DNA from: Candidatus Sericytochromatia bacterium
GTDB taxonomy: Bacteria; Cyanobacteriota; Sericytochromatia; S15B-MN24; JAQBPE01
Length of the DNA: 47,444 nucleotides
Assembly: GCA_035285125.1 (NCBI GenBank)
Contig: JAYKHR010000167.1
Span: 1-47,444, forward strand
Direction: 5' to 3'
Shown: one piece after another, positions 8,678-17,904 of the stretch
Numbering within the stretch: position 1 is the first letter of the stretch
How the letters are laid out: the number at the start of each line of letters is the position of its first letter
Position numbers and translations under genes: made by a program
Notes under the pieces: model-generated
The model's input: the letters and a program-made list of their open reading frames with translations, nothing else
Told to the model about the DNA's origin: nothing
Database searches by the model: none

Positions 8678-9592
8678 CTAGGTGTGTGGCAGCAGGTTCC
8701 GCTCCAGCACCGCGGGCGGCACGGGGCGCAGGTCCCACACCAGCCCCACGGCCGCGAGCAGGCGCAGGCCGTAGTAGGCGAGGTCGATCTCCCACCAGTA
8801 GAAGCCCTGCCGCGCGGACGCCTGGTGGTGGTGGTGGTTGTTGTGCCAGCCCTCGCCGAGCGTCAGCAGCGCGAGCCACACGTTGTTGCGGCTGTCGTCC
8901 GGGGTCGCGAAGCGGCGGGTGCCCCACTGGTGCGACAGCGAGTTGATCGTGTAGGTGGCATGCCACGTCACCACGGTGGAAATGGCGAAGCCCCAGATGA
9001 CCAGCTGGCCGGCGTTCGTCCTCAGGCCGGGGGCCCAGGCCTCGAGCGCCGCCCCGAGCAGGGCGAGCCCCCCCAGCAGGCCCAGCGGCGCCACCCAGTC
9101 GAAGCGGTCGAGCCAGCGAAGCTCCGGGAAAGCCAGCAGGTCCGGCACGTAGCGGGCCTGGGTCTCGAAGCCGGCGCCGGTCATGAACCACCCCGTGTGG
9201 CTGCGCCAGAAGCCGTGCTGCACGGGCGAGTGCAGGTCCTCCGGGCGGTCCGAGTGCACGTGGTGGTGGCGGTGGTGGGCGGCCCACCAGATCGGCCCGC
9301 GCTGCACCGCGGTGTTGCCCAGCAGGGCCATCAGGAACTGGATGGGCCGCGAGGTCTTGAAGGCGCGGTGCGAGAAGTAGCGGTGGTAGAAGCCCGTGAT
9401 GGCGAACATCCGCACGAGGTAGAGCCCCACGGCGATCGCCACGGCCGTCGGGCTGACGCCCGTGAACCAGGCCAGGCCGCACAGCAGGTGCACGGCAACG
9501 AAGGGCAGGCAGCGCACCCAGTCCACCCGGGCACCGGCAGCGGTGCCTCCCGAGCCCGCGTCGAACCAGGCAGCCAAGCTCGAGAGTCGCAT
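8678..9592 (-). CDS. Acyl-CoA (delta-9 type) fatty acid desaturase
   Basis: His boxes HRYFSH, HRHHH and HNNHH; INSLSH; GEGW. Confidence 0.93.
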   Translation of the reverse strand: MRLSSLAAWFDAGSGGTAAGARVDWVRCLPFVAVHLLCGLAWFTGVSPTAVAIAVGLYLVRMFAITGFYHRYFSHRAFKTSRPIQFLMALLGNTAVQRGPIWWAAHHRHHHVHSDRPEDLHSPVQHGFWRSHTGWFMTGAGFETQARYVPDLLAFPELRWLDRFDWVAPLGLLGGLALLGAALEAWAPGLRTNAGQLVIWGFAISTVVTWHATYTINSLSHQWGTRRFATPDDSRNNVWLALLTLGEGWHNNHHHHQASARQGFYWWEIDLAYYGLRLLAAVGLVWDLRPVPPAVLERNLLPHT

Positions 9593-9958
9593 CAACCGTC
9601 CCTTTCTAGCGCGGACCCAGCCCGCGCCCAGATCGTGGCGTCCCTCGCCCGTGCTGTCAACACCGGGCAGCGTCGCGCCGGCGCGACGCCTCGCCGGCCG
9701 GGCACCCCCGCATTGCAACAGGGCGGCAGGCCCGTGGTAACAGGCCATGGGGCGGCCCGCTGCCCCCAGCACCGCCCCCAACAGTGAAAGAACCCTGCAA
9801 CCAGGGCCGGGCCTGGCAAAGGTGGCCGACCAGCCACCCCCGCTGCGACATTCAATGACACGTCCTTAACGCATCCTTACCCCCGCGAGCCGATCTTGGG
9901 ACCCGCGCGAAACCGCGGCGCACGAGAAGGATGGGGAGCGCGCAAGAGGAGCTTGCCC

Positions 9959-10603
9959 ATGTACACCATGCCGTCCACCTACCCCGTGATGCCCGCCCAG
10001 CCGCCCTTGGCCGGGCCATCGGGCCCCGCGGTCGCGCCGGCGGCCGTCGGCCCGACCCAGCTCCTCGCGGGCGCGGCGGCCGGCCTCCAGAGCGCCCGCG
10101 CCTGGCAGAAATCGCTCAGCGCGTCGCGCCGCAGCAGCCGCCCACGCTACCAGGGGGACTATGGCGGGTCGTACGGCGGCTACGATCGCCAGGGCCACTA
10201 CCGCCAGGGCTACAGCCGCCGGAGCAACGCCCAGGTCGGGGTGGGCGCTGGCACCCGCGTGGTGGATCGCCTCGCCAACGCCGTGCGGTCCTCCGTCGTC
10301 TGGGGCGCCGTGATCTCGACGGGCCTCAACCTGTGGGCCCTGTCCGAGCGCCGCATCACGGGCGCTCAGGCCAGCGCGAACGTCGTCGGCGACGTGATGG
10401 GGGCCGCCGTGGGCGGTGCCGCGGGCGCGGTGGCCTCAGCCGCCGGCACGGCGCTGCTCGGGGGCATGCTCGGCACGGGCCTGATGATGTGGCTGACGGC
10501 GGCGGGCCTCGGCATCGCGGGCTACGTGCTGGCCGACGCCTGGCTCCGGCAGACGCGCTTCTTCAACGACGTGCAGGCCGGCGTGCTGCGCATGTTCAGC
10601 TGA
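9959..10603 (+). CDS. Hypothetical protein: disordered N-terminus and glycine-zipper-like hydrophobic C-terminus
   Basis: GAGGAG RBS, GC3-biased codons, GxxxG-rich stretch GAAVGGAAGAVASAAGTALLGG. Confidence 0.75.
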   Translation: MYTMPSTYPVMPAQPPLAGPSGPAVAPAAVGPTQLLAGAAAGLQSARAWQKSLSASRRSSRPRYQGDYGGSYGGYDRQGHYRQGYSRRSNAQVGVGAGTRVVDRLANAVRSSVVWGAVISTGLNLWALSERRITGAQASANVVGDVMGAAVGGAAGAVASAAGTALLGGMLGTGLMMWLTAAGLGIAGYVLADAWLRQTRFFNDVQAGVLRMFS

Positions 10604-10679
10604 TGCAGCCTCCCTTGCGCGATGCGCGGCAGTGCGTAAAAGGCAACTTGCCACCGCTCGCTCGATGGGAGGTCTGCCC

Positions 10680-11471
10680 GTGCCCAGTCCCTGCGCGCTT
10701 GCCCTTCGCCTGACCCTGGCGCTGCTCCTCACGGGCTGCCACACCCAGGTGGGCCTTCCCCTGTCAGCCGCCGAGCCCCGTGCCGAGCGCCAGTTCCCCC
10801 GGGCGCAGGCGCACGTCCCGGAGGCAGCCCCCGCCCCCCTGCCCCCGCCGCGGCAGCCCGCTCCGACGCCCTGGCAGCCAGCCCCCACGCCCTGGCAGCC
10901 CCCCCCGCCGCACCCCCCGGTGGCGAGCCCCAGCCCGCGGGCTCCCTTGCCCGCGGAGGTGCGCGTGGCCCCCGCCCTGCTCGTGCTGACGGCCGGCGAG
11001 GCCCGTGGCCTCAAGGCCACGGTGGCCTACGCGGACGGCACGCTGGACGGGAACGTGACGTGGGCCTCCAGCGACAACCGGATCGTGACGGTGAACCCCA
11101 CCACCGGCCAGGTCCAGGCCCGTCAGGAGGGGGTGGTAACGGTGGTGGCGGCCTCCGCGCTGGCCCCGGAACGCAAGGCGCTGGTCACGGTGACGGTGCA
11201 CCGCGGCCTGGTGGAGGAAGCCCTCGTCCGCGTCGAGCCTCGCAGCGCCAGCCTGCGCGTCGGCGAGACGGCCGAGCTGACGGCCACGGTGCAGCTGTCG
11301 GACGGCACGCTGTCCCCCAACGTGGCCTGGACCAGCACCAACCGGGCCGTGGCCCTGGTGAGCGGGGCCGGCCTCGTGACGGCCGTGGGCCCCGGCCGCG
11401 CCACCATCACGGCCGTCTCGACGGGGGATGGGACACGGCGCGCCTCGTGTGAGGTCACGGTCACGGAGTAG
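10680..11471 (+). CDS. Lipoprotein with two bacterial Ig-like (Big_2) domains
   Basis: Lipobox LTGC, Pro-rich linker, [13 protein letters not shown] and [13 protein letters not shown]...[14 protein letters not shown] motifs. Confidence 0.85.
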   Translation: MPSPCALALRLTLALLLTGCHTQVGLPLSAAEPRAERQFPRAQAHVPEAAPAPLPPPRQPAPTPWQPAPTPWQPPPPHPPVASPSPRAPLPAEVRVAPALLVLTAGEARGLKATVAYADGTLDGNVTWASSDNRIVTVNPTTGQVQARQEGVVTVVAASALAPERKALVTVTVHRGLVEEALVRVEPRSASLRVGETAELTATVQLSDGTLSPNVAWTSTNRAVALVSGAGLVTAVGPGRATITAVSTGDGTRRASCEVTVTE

Positions 11472-11563
11472 GGCTACCAGAAGCGGAGGCGACCGGGCCC
11501 CAGGCCACGATCATCCGTGGCGGTCGCGGCGCTGAGCGGCCCCGGAGCGGAGGAGGACCAGCG

Positions 11564-13366
11564 ATGCGGCGACACGTCGGGGCGTGGGTGGCGGGCCTGA
11601 TGCTACTCGGCGCCTGCCAGCAGCCGACGAGCACGGGACCGCGCGCGTTCGGGCGGCAGGTCGAGAATGAGCCCATGGCGCGCTTCGCGGCTTCGTTCGA
11701 GGCCCCGGCCTCGCTGGCGCCGGCCATCCCCGCTGGGGTGGCCCCCGCGCCGTCGGCCCCGGCCCCCCTCGTGGCGCCGAGCGCCGCTCTCCCCGCGAGC
11801 CCCCCCGCGCCACGACCCTCCGGCGGCATCCGCGTCACCGTCGACACCCGCGTGCTCGAGGTCGGCGCCAGCGCCGACCTTGCAGCGATGGTCCGCACGC
11901 AAGCGGGCGCCGTCTTCCCCTACCCCCTCACATGGCGCTCCAACGACGAGGCCATCGTCACCATCCTTGAGGCGCACGGCAAGGTGCAGGGGGTGGGCCC
12001 CGGCACCACCGTCGTCACCGGCGTGGCGACGGACAACGCCGCGCTGCGCGTGGCCATCGAGGTGACGGTGGAGCCCCGCCCCGAGGTGCGCGCGCTCCAG
12101 ACCCGGCCGGCGAGCGCCACCACCCACGTGGGCGAGCAGCTCGCCCTCGCGGCCGAGGTCACGCTGGCCGACGGGCAGATCAACGGCAGCGTCCGCTGGA
12201 GCTCATCAGACGACACGATCGCCACCATCGAGCCCGAGAACGGCCGCGTCCAGGCGCGCCGGCCGGGCCGCGTGACGCTCGTGGCAGCCTACGCGGCCAA
12301 CCCGCGCCACAAGGCCTTCACAGAGCTGACGGTGGTGTCGGCCCCGACGCCCTCCCCCCGGCCCACTCCGACGGCGACGCCGAGCAGCGCCGCCGGGCGC
12401 CTGGCGTCGCCCGCGGCCTCCAGCACGCCGGGGATCGTGGCGGTGACGCCGCCTCCAGCTCAGATACCGACGTCGACGCCCAGACCAACGCCCACGCCCA
12501 CCCCAACCCCAACGCCGACGCCGACACCAACGCCGACGCCGACGCCCAGGCCAACCCCGACGCCCACCCCAACCCCCGCCGTGGTGTGGAATCACACCGT
12601 GCGCTACCCGCTGAACGGAGGCTTCAGCGGCGGGACGTCCGACAGCCGGGACGAGCTCTGGCTGGCCGCCACGGCCGGGCTTGGCAGCCTGCAGGCGCAT
12701 GGACAGGTCGGAGAGGTGACGCGGAAGGTCACGACGGCGACGCCGTGGCCTGCGCCCGGGGCCAGCGGGGAGCGCAGCACCGGCGTCTTCGGCCTGGAAC
12801 GCGGCGGCAACCTTTGGGTGGGCGTGAACCACGAGTACCGCCCGAACATCTATCAACAGGCGCAGATCACCCGGAGGGCCAAGCGGATGACGCCGGACGG
12901 CAAGGTGCTGGCGACAGCCGACCTCCGGGACATCGAGCCCGTGGCGATGGTGGGAGACAGCCAGGGCAACGGCTGGCTGGCGGGCGGTGGGCTGACCAAG
13001 GTCTCTCCGAGCGGCCAGGTGCTCGCCACGTACCAGCTGCCGGTGACCGCCTTGCTGATCGATGAGGCGGACCTGTTGTGGGGCCTCAATAGCAGCTCCC
13101 TGCTTCAGGTCCGGGACGGCCTCCAGGTGGGCACCCTCAAGCTGCCCGTCACGGGCACGGCGCTTGCCTTCGACCCGCTCGGCATCTGGGTGCTGACCCC
13201 CGAAAAGGGGCTCGCCGTGCTGGTGGATCGCAGCGGCCGGGAGGTCTTCCGCCAGACCACCCAGGCGGCCAAGGCGATGATGGTAGATGGCCGCGGCAAC
13301 CTCTGGCTGCTTCAGGATTCATCGAGTGGCTTCTACCTGTTCAAGTACGTGCGCGGCACACCGTGA
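11564..13366 (+). CDS. Lipoprotein with two Big_2 domains, a Pro-Thr stalk and a C-terminal beta-propeller-like domain
   Basis: Lipobox [13 protein letters not shown] and [11 protein letters not shown] motifs, (PT)n tract, repeated D-x2-GN-x-W blades. Confidence 0.85.
   Translation: MRRHVGAWVAGLMLLGACQQPTSTGPRAFGRQVENEPMARFAASFEAPASLAPAIPAGVAPAPSAPAPLVAPSAALPASPPAPRPSGGIRVTVDTRVLEVGASADLAAMVRTQAGAVFPYPLTWRSNDEAIVTILEAHGKVQGVGPGTTVVTGVATDNAALRVAIEVTVEPRPEVRALQTRPASATTHVGEQLALAAEVTLADGQINGSVRWSSSDDTIATIEPENGRVQARRPGRVTLVAAYAANPRHKAFTELTVVSAPTPSPRPTPTATPSSAAGRLASPAASSTPGIVAVTPPPAQIPTSTPRPTPTPTPTPTPTPTPTPTPTPRPTPTPTPTPAVVWNHTVRYPLNGGFSGGTSDSRDELWLAATAGLGSLQAHGQVGEVTRKVTTATPWPAPGASGERSTGVFGLERGGNLWVGVNHEYRPNIYQQAQITRRAKRMTPDGKVLATADLRDIEPVAMVGDSQGNGWLAGGGLTKVSPSGQVLATYQLPVTALLIDEADLLWGLNSSSLLQVRDGLQVGTLKLPVTGTALAFDPLGIWVLTPEKGLAVLVDRSGREVFRQTTQAAKAMMVDGRGNLWLLQDSSSGFYLFKYVRGTP
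12470..12580 (+). repeat. Degenerate 6-bp coding repeat (CCN ACN) encoding a Pro-Thr tract
   Basis: [34 protein letters not shown] in the translation. Confidence 0.85.
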
Positions 13367-13521
13367 CCCGACTTGCGCCCACGCGTGGCCTCCCTGCGGC
13401 CAGGAGCGTCCCGGCCCTCGGAGACGTCTAGAACGGCGTGAAGCAGGGGAATGAACGAGGCGTACCCCGTGACCGGGCGGGCCCCTGCCCGCCGAGCGCC
13501 CCAAGGGCGCGGAGGCCCCGA

Positions 13522-13866
13522 ATGCTCCTGTTCCTTGGCTGGCTGCTCCTGGGGGGCGTTGGCCTGGCGTGCTATTTCCTGTATCGCCTCACGACGGCCG
13601 CCGGCGCACGACCCGACGCATCCCCCTTGGAGACCGGCGGTGCGAACGCGCACCCACTGGCCGGCCTCCACTGGGTGCCAGAGGCCTACGACCCGCCCGG
13701 TGAGGCCTGGGAGGGCGCGGACCCGGAGGAATGCGAGGACGATGCCCCCGCCTGGGCCGAAGACGGGGCGGCCTGGGACGAGGCGGACGGCTGGGGCCAC
13801 GACGACGGTGGGTTTGACGCGGGCGGCTACGACGGTGGGTTTGACGCGGGCGGCTTTGATGGCTGA
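13522..13866 (+). CDS. Small single-pass membrane protein with a highly acidic Gly/Asp tail
   Basis: GGAGG RBS, N-terminal TM segment, tail DGGFDAGGY-DGGFDAGGF. Confidence 0.7.
   Translation: MLLFLGWLLLGGVGLACYFLYRLTTAAGARPDASPLETGGANAHPLAGLHWVPEAYDPPGEAWEGADPEECEDDAPAWAEDGAAWDEADGWGHDDGGFDAGGYDGGFDAGGFDG
13804..13857 (+). repeat. 27-bp tandem duplication inside the acidic-tail gene
   Basis: GACGGTGGGTTTGACGCGGGCGGCT occurs at 13804 and 13831. Confidence 0.9.
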
Positions 13867-14197
13867 AGCGGGCGGTGCAGGGCGTGACGCCCTGAAGCCT
13901 CTGGCCCGCCCCAGGGCTCGCAGCAGGCGTGCCGGGCAGCCGGCTGGCCTCGCCGCCGTCGGCGCCCTGAAGGCCCGAGCAACCCCCGCACGATCGCCTC
14001 GGCGTTGGCGTAGGCGTGCGCCTCCACCGGCTGCCGCCGGTAGGCTGGTATCGCCCGCCAGGCGGCACCCTTGCGTTAAAACTGAGTCCCCGTCCCTGAA
14101 ACCTGCCTTAACGAGCTGCCACAGGGGCCGTGCTACAATCGCGCCTGGAACGTCTACCGGCCAGCCCCCGGTACGCCCCCGCCTCGCAGGTCCCCCA

Positions 14198-15097
14198 TTG
14201 CCCCCCATCACGCCCTGCATCTGGTGCGACACCAACGCCACCGAGGTGGCCGCCTTCTACACCGGCCTTTTCGCCGACGGGGCCATCCAGCACACGAGCC
14301 ACTACGCGGAGGGCATGCCGATGCCCGCCGGCACGGTCCTGCTCGTCGAATTCACCCTGGCGGGGCAGCCCTTCCAGGCCCTGAACGGCGGCAAGCAACT
14401 CCCCCTCACGCCCAGCCTCTCGTTCTTCGTGGAAGCCGGCACGGCGGACGCGATCGCGCCCCTCTTCGGCGCGCTGGCCGAGGGGGGGAAGGTCCTGATG
14501 CCCCTCGATGCCTACCCCTGGAGCCCCTGCTATGCCTGGGTGCAGGACCGCTTCGGCGTCTCATGGCAGCTGCGCCTCGTGGAGGATGCCCCCGCCGGCC
14601 CGCGCATCGTGCCGAGCCTCATGTTCTCCGACGCCCGGCAAGGGCAAGCTGGGGCCGCCCTGGCCCACTACACCAGCCTCTTCCCGGACAGCGCCGTGCT
14701 CCACGTCGATCGCCCGGGCGGCACCGCCGAGGGCCCCATCACCTACGCGCGGCTGCGCCTGAGCGGGCAGCCCTTCGTGGTGATGGACAGCCCCGTCGAC
14801 CACGGCTTCACCTTCACGGACGGCCTGTCGCTCAGCGTGATCTGCCCGGACCAGGCCGAGGTCGATCGCCTCTGGGAGGCCCTCACGGCCGGCGGGCAGC
14901 CGGGCCCTTGCGGGTGGCTGACGGACCGCTTCGGCGTCTCGTGGCAGATCGTGCCCGAGGCCCTCGTCGCCCTGCAGCGCCGGGGCGACGCGGTGGCGGA
15001 CGGCCGGATGTTCCAGGCGATGATGGCGATGGGCAAGCTGGAGGTCGCGGCCCTCGTGGCCGCCTGGCACGCGGGAGCGCCGACGGCGGGCGGGTGA
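14198..15097 (+). CDS. Tandem-domain VOC/PhnB-like protein (3-demethylubiquinone methyltransferase-like family)
   Basis: ITPCIW, FQALNGG, two DRFGVSWQ motifs, CGWL. TTG start inferred; TGcTACAAT extended -10 at 14131-14139. Confidence 0.88.
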   Translation: MPPITPCIWCDTNATEVAAFYTGLFADGAIQHTSHYAEGMPMPAGTVLLVEFTLAGQPFQALNGGKQLPLTPSLSFFVEAGTADAIAPLFGALAEGGKVLMPLDAYPWSPCYAWVQDRFGVSWQLRLVEDAPAGPRIVPSLMFSDARQGQAGAALAHYTSLFPDSAVLHVDRPGGTAEGPITYARLRLSGQPFVVMDSPVDHGFTFTDGLSLSVICPDQAEVDRLWEALTAGGQPGPCGWLTDRFGVSWQIVPEALVALQRRGDAVADGRMFQAMMAMGKLEVAALVAAWHAGAPTAGG

Positions 15098-15167
15098 CGG
15101 CTCTCTGGCAGGTGCCTCGACGGCTCCCGGCGGGTATGCCACCGGCACCCTGACAGGAGGTCTCCCC

Positions 15168-15599
15168 ATGGCCCGCACCAGCACCTACCTCAACTTCCCC
15201 GGCACCACCGAGGCCGCCTTCGCCTTCTACCGCGAGGTGTTCGGCACCGAGTACGCCCAGCCGATCCAGCGCATGGGCGCTGCGCCCGCCGGGGGCCCGC
15301 CGCTCTCGGAGGCCGAGCAGCAGCTCGTGCTGCACGTCGAGCTGCCCATCCTGGGCGGGCACGTGCTGCTCGGCACGGACGCCGTGGCCTCGATGGGCCA
15401 CGCCCTGACGATGGGCAACAACGTCCACCTCAACCTCGAGCCCGACACCCGCGCCGAGGCCGAGCGCCTGTTCGCCGCGCTGGCCGAGGGCGGCACGGTC
15501 GAGATGCCGCTACAGGAGATGTTCTGGGGGGCCCTGTGGGGCTCGCTGACCGACCGCTTTGGCCTGAAGTGGATGGTGAACTGCGCGGCGCCGGCCTGA
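15168..15599 (+). CDS. VOC family PhnB-like protein
   Basis: YLNFPG..EAAFAFY..VFG, MPLQEMFWG, DRFGLKWM; AGGAGG RBS. Confidence 0.92.
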   Translation: MARTSTYLNFPGTTEAAFAFYREVFGTEYAQPIQRMGAAPAGGPPLSEAEQQLVLHVELPILGGHVLLGTDAVASMGHALTMGNNVHLNLEPDTRAEAERLFAALAEGGTVEMPLQEMFWGALWGSLTDRFGLKWMVNCAAPA

Positions 15600-15644
15600 C
15601 GCCCCGCAGCCCGTCCCGGGCCAGCCGGCCTCAGGGCCTCCCGG

Positions 15645-17024
15645 CTAGCCCACCCGCGCCGGCTCGAACACCAGCACGCGCCCCCACGTCGGGTACAGCG
15701 TCGCCGCGGCCGGCCGGCCCCGTCGCACGGGGAAGGCCTCGCCGGGGTTCAGCACGTCCACCCAGCGCCCCTCGCGCCCGTCGGGTGGCTCGAGCGTCAT
15801 CGTCACGGGCCGATCGGCCGCGTTCACGGCGACGCGCGTGGCCGTGCCGGCGTAGCGGCGCTCGAAGACGAGTTGCTCGGGCGTCGCCGCGATGGGGTGG
15901 TAGTCGCCGCGGCGCAGCGCCGGCAGCTCGTGGCGCAGGCGCGTCAGGCGCGCGATCGCCCGGGCGAGGTCGTGGCTGGTGCGCGGGTCGCCGGGCCGGG
16001 GGGGCCGCACCGCCGGCCGCAGCGGGGCGTCCGTCGTCTTCCCCTTGCGCCCCGGCTGCGCCCACTCGCTGCCGTAGTACACCGAGGGCACGCCCGGCAT
16101 CGTGAAGAGCAGCACGTGCAGGGGAAACAGGTGGGCGGGGCGCTCGAGCAGGCTCGCGATCCGGTCGACGTCGTGGTTGTCGGCGAAGGCGTACAGCGGC
16201 AACCCCCGGTAGACGCCGCGGGGCCCGAACTGCCGCGCGAGCGCGTGGGCGATGCGCCCGTAGTCGCGGGCGTTGTGGGCCTTGTGGAGGCCGTCGTAGG
16301 CCTCGTAGTTGGTGGTGGCGTCGAGCGCCTCGCCGTTGGCCCACTGGCTGTAGTCGCCGAGCACCACCTCGCCCATCAGCCAGAAGTCGGGCCGCAGGGC
16401 CTTGCAGTGGGCCGCGAGGTCCCGCAGGAAGCCGTGGTCCATCACGTCGGCGGCATCGAGGCGAAGGCCGTCGATGTCGAACTCCCGGATCCAGGCCGAG
16501 ACGGCCTCGAACAGGTGGGCGCGGACCTCGGGGTGCGTCAGGTCAAGCTTCACCAGCTCGTGGTGGCCCGCCCAGGTCTCGTAGTCGAACGGGTCCCCGG
16601 CCGGGTTGCCACGGTCGAAGCGCAGCCCCTTGAACCAGGCGGCATAACGCGACCGCGCCCCGTGCCGCTGGAGGTCGCGGAAGGCGACATGGCGGCGGCC
16701 GACGTGGTTGAGGACGGCGTCGAGGATCACGCGAAAGCCGGCCGCGTGCAGCGTGCGCACGAGGCGGGCCAGCGCGGCGTTGTCGCCGAGCCGGCGGTCG
16801 ACACGGAAGTAGTCCGTGGTGTCGTAGCCGTGCGTGACGGACTCGAACAGCGGCCCGAGGTAGAGCGTGTTCACACCCAGGGCCTGCCAGTGCGGGATCC
16901 AGGCCTCCAGCTCGTCGAGGCGGTTCACGGGCGCGGCGTGGCCGTCGTTGCGGGCCGGGGCCCCGAGGGCACCCAGGGGGTAGAGGTGGTAGACGATGGC
17001 GTCATGCGCCCAGTCGGCGGACAC
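15645..17024 (-). CDS. GH13 alpha-amylase/cyclomaltodextrinase-like glycosidase
   Basis: HGYDTTDY, DAVLNH, DGLRLDAA, GEV and DNHD catalytic regions; GTG start inferred. Confidence 0.92.
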   Translation of the reverse strand: MSADWAHDAIVYHLYPLGALGAPARNDGHAAPVNRLDELEAWIPHWQALGVNTLYLGPLFESVTHGYDTTDYFRVDRRLGDNAALARLVRTLHAAGFRVILDAVLNHVGRRHVAFRDLQRHGARSRYAAWFKGLRFDRGNPAGDPFDYETWAGHHELVKLDLTHPEVRAHLFEAVSAWIREFDIDGLRLDAADVMDHGFLRDLAAHCKALRPDFWLMGEVVLGDYSQWANGEALDATTNYEAYDGLHKAHNARDYGRIAHALARQFGPRGVYRGLPLYAFADNHDVDRIASLLERPAHLFPLHVLLFTMPGVPSVYYGSEWAQPGRKGKTTDAPLRPAVRPPRPGDPRTSHDLARAIARLTRLRHELPALRRGDYHPIAATPEQLVFERRYAGTATRVAVNAADRPVTMTLEPPDGREGRWVDVLNPGEAFPVRRGRPAAATLYPTWGRVLVFEPARVG

Positions 17025-17169
17025 GGCGGGCTCCGAGCCGGCGCACGCCGGCAGCTGGCGGGGGAGGGCTCCTCGACGAGCCGCGTCCACGCGCGGGGGA
17101 TGGCCGGTCGCGCCGTTGCGACCATTTAATCTAAATATAACATTTCTGGCCGCCCGGCGCCGGCGGCCG

Positions 17170-17856
17170 TCAGTCCAGCTTGAAGGCCCCGGCCGGCAGC
17201 GGCGCGTCGAACTGGAAGGTCTCGATCTCCACGCGGAAGGCCCGCTCGGGGCCGTCATAGGCCTCCAGCGCGAAGGGGAGGCGGAGCTTGTCGTCGAGCC
17301 AGATGAGCTCGCGATCCGTGCCACGCAGCAGTTGCGGCCCGCGGGCCTCCAGCACCGTCATCGGGCGACCCAGGAAGGTGTCGGGGCCGACGTAGCGGAA
17401 GCTGGTCTGCGGGTCCGCCATCACGCGCCGGACGCTGGCGATGCTGATCTCCCGGATGCTCCAGCCCCGAATGCCCGCGAGGCGGGGGTCGTCGGCGGCC
17501 GGCGTGAGCTTGACGGGCAGCCCGAAGAAGCGCGTCTTGACGTCACACGTCTCCCCCCCGTACCAGACGAGCTTGGTGCCCACGCCGGCGGGGATGGCGG
17601 TGGACTCCAGCATCTCGAAGGCCGTGCCGTGGGGCTTCTCCAGCCACAGCCGCGTGCGCGTGACGTCGACCCGCTTGCCCACGCGGGTCTCGGACCGGAT
17701 GCGGCCCTGGTAGGTCCGCACGGCCTCGTAGGCCTTCAGGAAGGCCTGCACGAGGGGCCGGACCCGCGGGTCTTCCGCCGCCAAGGCTGGCCGGGGGGCC
17801 AGCCAAGCGAGGGCCACGGCGAGGGGAAAAAGCGATCGCAGGCGCATACCCGACAT
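17170..17856 (-). CDS. LolA-like periplasmic lipoprotein carrier/sorting protein
   Basis: Signal peptide ending ALA; WLEKP, LVWYG and IWLD..LRLP motifs; C-terminal LPAGAF. Confidence 0.65.
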   Translation of the reverse strand: MSGMRLRSLFPLAVALAWLAPRPALAAEDPRVRPLVQAFLKAYEAVRTYQGRIRSETRVGKRVDVTRTRLWLEKPHGTAFEMLESTAIPAGVGTKLVWYGGETCDVKTRFFGLPVKLTPAADDPRLAGIRGWSIREISIASVRRVMADPQTSFRYVGPDTFLGRPMTVLEARGPQLLRGTDRELIWLDDKLRLPFALEAYDGPERAFRVEIETFQFDAPLPAGAFKLD

Positions 17857-17904
17857 CTTCCCCGTCCACCGCACAGGCAAACCCTCGGCGGCCCCCGCCA
17901 GCCC

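Noticed and set aside
10636..10666. Fourth copy of the CTTAA...CTT...CGAT motif (GTAAAAG...CTT...CGAT)
   Set aside because: The first box is a poor match, and CGAT abuts the RBS, leaving no room for a transcript that includes it.
11549..11561. 13-nt match GGAGGAGGACCAG between the CRISPR spacer and the RBS region of the 11564 gene
   Set aside because: Too short, the flanks mismatch, and it is a low-complexity purine-rich RBS-like word; not credible self-targeting.
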